Positions 59,757 through 64,000 of a stretch of 64,000 nt of DNA are shown here, one piece after another (the first letter of the stretch is position 1; the number at the start of each line of letters is the position of its first letter). A model generated the notes under the pieces. The model saw only the letters and a program-made list of their open reading frames with translations. It was not told where the DNA came from and made no database searches. The position numbers were made by a program, and so were the translations under genes. Source of the stretch: Nanobdellota archaeon (GTDB taxonomy: Archaea; Nanobdellota; Nanobdellia; Pacearchaeales; GW2011-AR1); assembly GCA_030611805.1 (NCBI GenBank), contig JAUWPB010000001.1, positions 24,765 through 88,764 on the forward strand, in the 5' to 3' direction.

Positions 59757-60046
59757 CAAGCATAGTTAAGTTAAAAGATGGAAGTAATTTAGTAACAGGA
59801 TTAGTATATATTCTAAAGGGAGAGAATAAACAAGTGGAAGCAATTTTCACAGATTGTAATAAAAAGAATCTTGAATTTTTAGAAAAGTCTCCACAAGGTT
59901 TTGTAAAATATTTAGTAAAAGAAAATTCAATAGAAATGGTCAATTCAAGAATAGGTGTTGGATACAGACGTCTAAAAGTGAAGGATAATTTAAAGGGGCA
60001 AAAAATACCTAAAGAACTAATAAAAAATTTGGAGGATTTTAAATGA
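59753..60046 (+). CDS. Orphan insert between rps5 and rpl30
   Basis: 97 aa, ATGA overlaps at both ends. Confidence 0.55.
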   Translation: MTSIVKLKDGSNLVTGLVYILKGENKQVEAIFTDCNKKNLEFLEKSPQGFVKYLVKENSIEMVNSRIGVGYRRLKVKDNLKGQKIPKELIKNLEDFK

Positions 60047-60468
60047 TAGCAATAATCAGAATTCATGGAATGGTGAAAATAAAAAAAAGACTAGAGGAAA
60101 CTTTGCAAAGATTGAGATTGAAGAGGAAGTATAGTTGTGTTGTTTTAGTTAAACCTAAGAAAGAGCAATTAGGGATGATAAAAAATATTAAGAATTTTGT
60201 GGCTTTTGGAGAAATTAACAAAGAAACTTTTGAGAAGTTAATTGAACAGCGTGGACAATTAATAAATAAGAAAAAGAAAATTAATTTTAAAGAAGTTGTT
60301 AAAGAATTAGAAAAAGGAAAGAAATATGAGGAATTAAACTTAAAACCATTTTTTAGATTGCATCCTCCTCGTAAAGGGATTGATAGTAAAAAACATTTTG
60401 GTGTTAGAAAAGGAGTCTTAGGAAATAACAAGGAAAAAATAAATGAATTAATTGGGAGGATGTTGTGA
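60043..60468 (+). CDS. rpl30: 50S ribosomal protein uL30
   Basis: FFRLHPPRKG, INELIGRML. Confidence 0.96.
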   Translation: MIAIIRIHGMVKIKKRLEETLQRLRLKRKYSCVVLVKPKKEQLGMIKNIKNFVAFGEINKETFEKLIEQRGQLINKKKKINFKEVVKELEKGKKYEELNLKPFFRLHPPRKGIDSKKHFGVRKGVLGNNKEKINELIGRML

Positions 60469-60469
60469 G

Positions 60470-60697
60470 ATGGTAGAAAAAAAATTAATAATAAAAGGAT
60501 TAGAATACTATACATCACATAGAGGTGGAACTGTTGTGGATACAGAAAATAGAAAAACAAGAACGATAGTTAAACAAGTTTATGACACAAGTTTTTTTGG
60601 AATAAGAAAAGTTTTAAGAGAATCAAAAATCATTACAGAGATAAGAGATAACGCAGAATATTCTGTTTATAATCAATTAATGGGGAGGATGTTGTGA
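60470..60697 (+). CDS. Orphan cassette 1 after rpl30
   Basis: 75 aa ending NQLMGRML, a copy of the uL30 end. Confidence 0.6.
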   Translation: MVEKKLIIKGLEYYTSHRGGTVVDTENRKTRTIVKQVYDTSFFGIRKVLRESKIITEIRDNAEYSVYNQLMGRML

Positions 60698-60698
60698 A

Positions 60699-60983
60699 AT
60701 GGGAAAGGTTGAATTAAACAAAATGCAAGATTATAAAGTTGAATTATATCCTGGACAAGTTATATTGGAAGGGAAATACCTGAATCAATTAGAAGATACA
60801 CATGTTTTTGAACATGAAAAAAAAGGAGAAAAACATTACATATTAGTAGAAGGCCACTGGATGATTAAAGAAGAAGATATTATAACTCACAAAAATATTT
60901 CTTCTTTTCCAATCAAAGTTATTCCTGAAAAAAAGGCTTATCTGGTTAAAGGTTTACAGAAATTAATAGGGGGAATGTTGTAA
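60699..60983 (+). CDS. Orphan cassette 2 after rpl30
   Basis: 94 aa ending KLIGGML. Confidence 0.6.
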   Translation: MGKVELNKMQDYKVELYPGQVILEGKYLNQLEDTHVFEHEKKGEKHYILVEGHWMIKEEDIITHKNISSFPIKVIPEKKAYLVKGLQKLIGGML

Positions 60984-61198
60984 TGGGAAAAATAACTTAT
61001 CAAACAATAGTTGGAGGAGAAAAAATAGCAATTTTTAGAGAAGGAGGAATTGTAGAAATTGGGCATAAAGAAAAACTAACAGGAGAATGTAAGTTAGATA
61101 CATACCACAAAATTGCCGGAGGATACAAAAAGGTTCTTACTCAAACAGCTGAAGAAGGGAGTGTTTTGTATAGAGAATTAATGAGGATTTCAAAATGA
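60983..61198 (+). CDS. Orphan cassette 3 after rpl30
   Basis: 71 aa ending ELMRISK, ATGA overlap with rpl15. Confidence 0.55.
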   Translation: MGKITYQTIVGGEKIAIFREGGIVEIGHKEKLTGECKLDTYHKIAGGYKKVLTQTAEEGSVLYRELMRISK

Positions 61199-61698
61199 TA
61201 AAAACACACAAACGAACAAAATCATCAAAAATGCATGGAAGAGGTAGAGGGACTCATGGTTATGGAGAAAGAAAGAAACATAAAAAATCAGGGCATAAAG
61301 GTGGAAAAGGAATGTCTGGAAGCGGGAAGAGAGCAGACCATAAAAAAACTCTTGTGTTAAAAAAATATGGACATAAGTATTTTGGAAAACAGGGAATAAC
61401 AAGCAGGGGAACAAAAAGAGATATTAGAAAAAGAATTAATCTTCAACAAATTGAATTAAATCTTGAAAAGTATGGGCAGAAAAAAAATGATGTGTGGGAA
61501 ATTAATTTAAAAAATTATAAAATTCTTGGAACTGGCGAGGTTAAAAATAAATTAATTATAAATGCTAAAGAAGCTTCTAAATCAGCGATTGAGAAAGTGA
61601 AAAAAGCTGGGGGCGAAATAATAATTAAGAAAGGGCACACAAAGGTTGAAAAAGTTAAAGATAATGCTAAAGAGGAGAAAGAGGTTATTAAAAAATAA
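61195..61698 (+). CDS. rpl15: 50S ribosomal protein uL15
   Basis: THGYG, GGKGMSG, YFGKQG, KILGTG, KAGG. Confidence 0.96.
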   Translation: MIKTHKRTKSSKMHGRGRGTHGYGERKKHKKSGHKGGKGMSGSGKRADHKKTLVLKKYGHKYFGKQGITSRGTKRDIRKRINLQQIELNLEKYGQKKNDVWEINLKNYKILGTGEVKNKLIINAKEASKSAIEKVKKAGGEIIIKKGHTKVEKVKDNAKEEKEVIKK

Positions 61699-61700
61699 TC

Positions 61701-63140
61701 ATGGACTTAAGAAAAATATTTGATTTTATCCCGGAAGTTAGAAAACCAGATGAGAAAAAACTCGGCTTTAATGTAAAATTAAAATGGACTTTGATTATTT
61801 TAGTTTCGTTTTTTGTCCTTGCTAATATTTCTCTTTTTGGTTTGTCGCATAATGCTCTTGAGAGATTTGAGTATCTGGCTATAATCCTTGGAACAGATTT
61901 TGGGAGTATTATTTCATTGGGTATCGGACCAATTGTAATGGCATCTATTATTTTGCAGTTGCTTACTGGCTCAGGGATATTAAATATTGATACTGCAACT
62001 GTGGAAGGGAAGCGGTTTTTTGGCGGGCTGCAAAAATTATTGGTTTTCTTTTTTATAGTTTTTGAGGCAATGGTTTATGTTTTAATGCAGGGGCTTCAGG
62101 CAATGCCGGGACTTGCCCCATTACTTATTTTTCAGTTAATACTCGGGGGTCTGGCAATTTTTTACATGAGTGAAGTCTGCGAAAAATGGGGCTTTGGCTC
62201 TGGTGTTAGTTTGTTTATAGGAGCAGGTGTTAGCTGGAGAATATTCACAAGTGCTCTTCAATTTGTAAACCAACAAGGACGGAATTGTTTACTTGATTTT
62301 AAAGGAACACCATGTTCTGGGAAAATTTTAGTTATGATTCAATCAATAATAAATAAATATCCAATAGAATTTGTATCTGCACTTGGAGCAATTTTAGCGA
62401 CTATCCTAATTTTCTTAATAGTTGTCTGGGCACAATCATTAAAAGTTGAACTCCCTTTATCGTATGGAAGAATCAGAGGGTATGGTGTTAAATGGCCTTT
62501 GTCTTTTTTTTATGCTTCTGTTATCCCGGTAATTTTGTGTGCTGCTTTAGTTGCCAATATCCAGCTCTTTGGAGGAATTATTGAAAATGCCGCAGCTCCG
62601 TGTTTTATAGAAGAAGGCGTCTGCACTGGCATGGCAAAATTTGCTTCACACCTGGGTTTTTTAGGGCATTTTGTTGAGGGGCAGCCGATTTCTGGTTTAG
62701 CCTTTTGGATGGGTTCAACTAATCTCTTAGAATTATTTATCAGAGGAGGATTTATGTTTAGGTATTTATTGCAAGGTTTCACACATATTTTATTTTTTGT
62801 ATTTTTCTGTACAATCTTCTCTATATTCTGGGTTAAAACTTCGGGCATGGATTCAAAAGCACAGGCACATAAGATTGTTTCATCTGGATTGCAGGTAGCT
62901 GGATTCAGACAAGATGAAAGAATTTTGGAGAGCATTCTTGACAGGTATATTATGCCGTTGACAGTTATGGGCGGAGCAGCAATAGGATTGCTCGCTGCAT
63001 CCACTGATTTGCTTGGGGCATTGGTTTCAGGAACAGCGATATTATTAGTAATCATGATTATGTTCCAGTTTTATCAAAACATTGCGCAACAACACCAGAT
63101 GGATATGGCTCCTGCGATGAAGAAATTTATGCAAGGATAA
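61701..63140 (+). CDS. secY: Preprotein translocase SecY
   Basis: LGIGPIVMASIILQLL, KWGFGSGVSLFI, SGTAILL. Confidence 0.97.
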   Translation: MDLRKIFDFIPEVRKPDEKKLGFNVKLKWTLIILVSFFVLANISLFGLSHNALERFEYLAIILGTDFGSIISLGIGPIVMASIILQLLTGSGILNIDTATVEGKRFFGGLQKLLVFFFIVFEAMVYVLMQGLQAMPGLAPLLIFQLILGGLAIFYMSEVCEKWGFGSGVSLFIGAGVSWRIFTSALQFVNQQGRNCLLDFKGTPCSGKILVMIQSIINKYPIEFVSALGAILATILIFLIVVWAQSLKVELPLSYGRIRGYGVKWPLSFFYASVIPVILCAALVANIQLFGGIIENAAAPCFIEEGVCTGMAKFASHLGFLGHFVEGQPISGLAFWMGSTNLLELFIRGGFMFRYLLQGFTHILFFVFFCTIFSIFWVKTSGMDSKAQAHKIVSSGLQVAGFRQDERILESILDRYIMPLTVMGGAAIGLLAASTDLLGALVSGTAILLVIMIMFQFYQNIAQQHQMDMAPAMKKFMQG

Positions 63141-63213
63141 ACTTGCAAAATATAAAAATAAATTTTAACACAAGGGGGTTAAGATTTAAAAACCAAATTC
63201 CTATTATATTAAG

Positions 63214-63750
63214 ATGGACAAAAAGGCAAGTTTTAAACCAATTATTTATGTAATGATTGCTTCAATGGCGATTGCTTTTTTTTGGAATAGCATGCCTGTT
63301 ATAAAAAATACTGCGAATATGATTTTAGGTCCGACTGCAGGAGCTTTGCTTGATTGGAATCTGACTTATGGGATGATGATTCTTATTTTGATAATATCTT
63401 TATTTATGACTTTGCTTCAAAAATATGCAACAGATCAAAAAGAAATAAGAAGACTGAAAAAAGAACAAAAAGATTTGCAAAAAGACATGAAGGAATATAA
63501 AGACCATCCAGAGAAATTAATGGAGATGCAAAAGAGTTCTTTTCCTTTGATGATTGAGTTGATGAAACACAGCATGAGACCAATGATATTTACTGGTGTG
63601 CCTTTGATTTTATTTTTCAGATGGTTTATGGATTTTTTTACTGCCTTGGGAGACCCTAGATTTTTCGGTTTTTTAAGCTGGTTTTGGTTTTATTTAATTG
63701 GCTCAATGATTTTTAGTATAATTTTAAGAAAGATAATGAAGGTTGTTTGA
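63214..63750 (+). CDS. DUF106 / EMC3-TMCO1 (Oxa1 superfamily) membrane protein
   Basis: TM-coiled coil-TM, MRPM, WFWFY; position after secY. Confidence 0.85.
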   Translation: MDKKASFKPIIYVMIASMAIAFFWNSMPVIKNTANMILGPTAGALLDWNLTYGMMILILIISLFMTLLQKYATDQKEIRRLKKEQKDLQKDMKEYKDHPEKLMEMQKSSFPLMIELMKHSMRPMIFTGVPLILFFRWFMDFFTALGDPRFFGFLSWFWFYLIGSMIFSIILRKIMKVV

Positions 63751-63751
63751 T

Positions 63752-64000
63752 ATGAAAAACTCTATAAAAAAAGGTTTTGGATTTGGTCTGACTTCCGGCA
63801 TAATTACAACCTTGGGGCTTATTGTGGGTTTGCATTCCAGCACAAATTCAGTTCTTATTATAATTGGAGGGATTATTATAATTGCCGTCGCAGATTCGCT
63901 TTCAGATTCACTCGGCATTCATATTTCTGAAGAGTTTAATCACAAGAATTCGCAAAAAGAAATTTGGGAAGCCACTCTTTCTACATTGTTTTTCAAGTTT
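63752..64000 (+). CDS. VIT1/CCC1-like membrane protein, 5' part
   Basis: FGLTSGIITTLG...IAVADSLSDSLGIHISEE. Confidence 0.7.
   Translation, partial: MKNSIKKGFGFGLTSGIITTLGLIVGLHSSTNSVLIIIGGIIIIAVADSLSDSLGIHISEEFNHKNSQKEIWEATLSTLFFKF

Overview
AT-rich archaeal chromosome segment, most likely DPANN (Pacearchaeota/Woesearchaeota-like). This is inferred from archaeal ribosomal proteins, Spt5, aIF5A, Taw1, Dph2, an archaeosortase, AMP phosphorylase and TATA-led, mostly leaderless genes. It holds the S10-spc ribosomal superoperon through secY, the L1-P0-P1, ftsZ-secE-spt5-L11 and L37ae-rpoP-pfdB clusters, tRNA-Pro(TGG) and tRNA-Ser(TGA). Four main observations: (1) An intact 8,829-bp cargo transposon (20317-29145) has perfect 17-bp TIRs, a 9-bp TSD and a central SWIM-DDE transposase. 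Its cargo is defence-type (fused R-M plus S subunit, PD-(D/E)XK, HEPN, PIN module), and a 37-bp operator is shared by the transposase and a small AbrB-like gene. (2) Small orphan ORFs are stacked directly behind core genes, about 14 inside the ribosomal operon. Several end in a decaying copy of the host gene's 3' end. (3) A DGR-target-like gene has a 3' GNA-triloop hairpin, but no RT or template is in the window. (4) A short palindromic repeat occurs in-frame in uL22, uS3 and a membrane protein. All calls come from reading the sequence and motifs; no searches were run.
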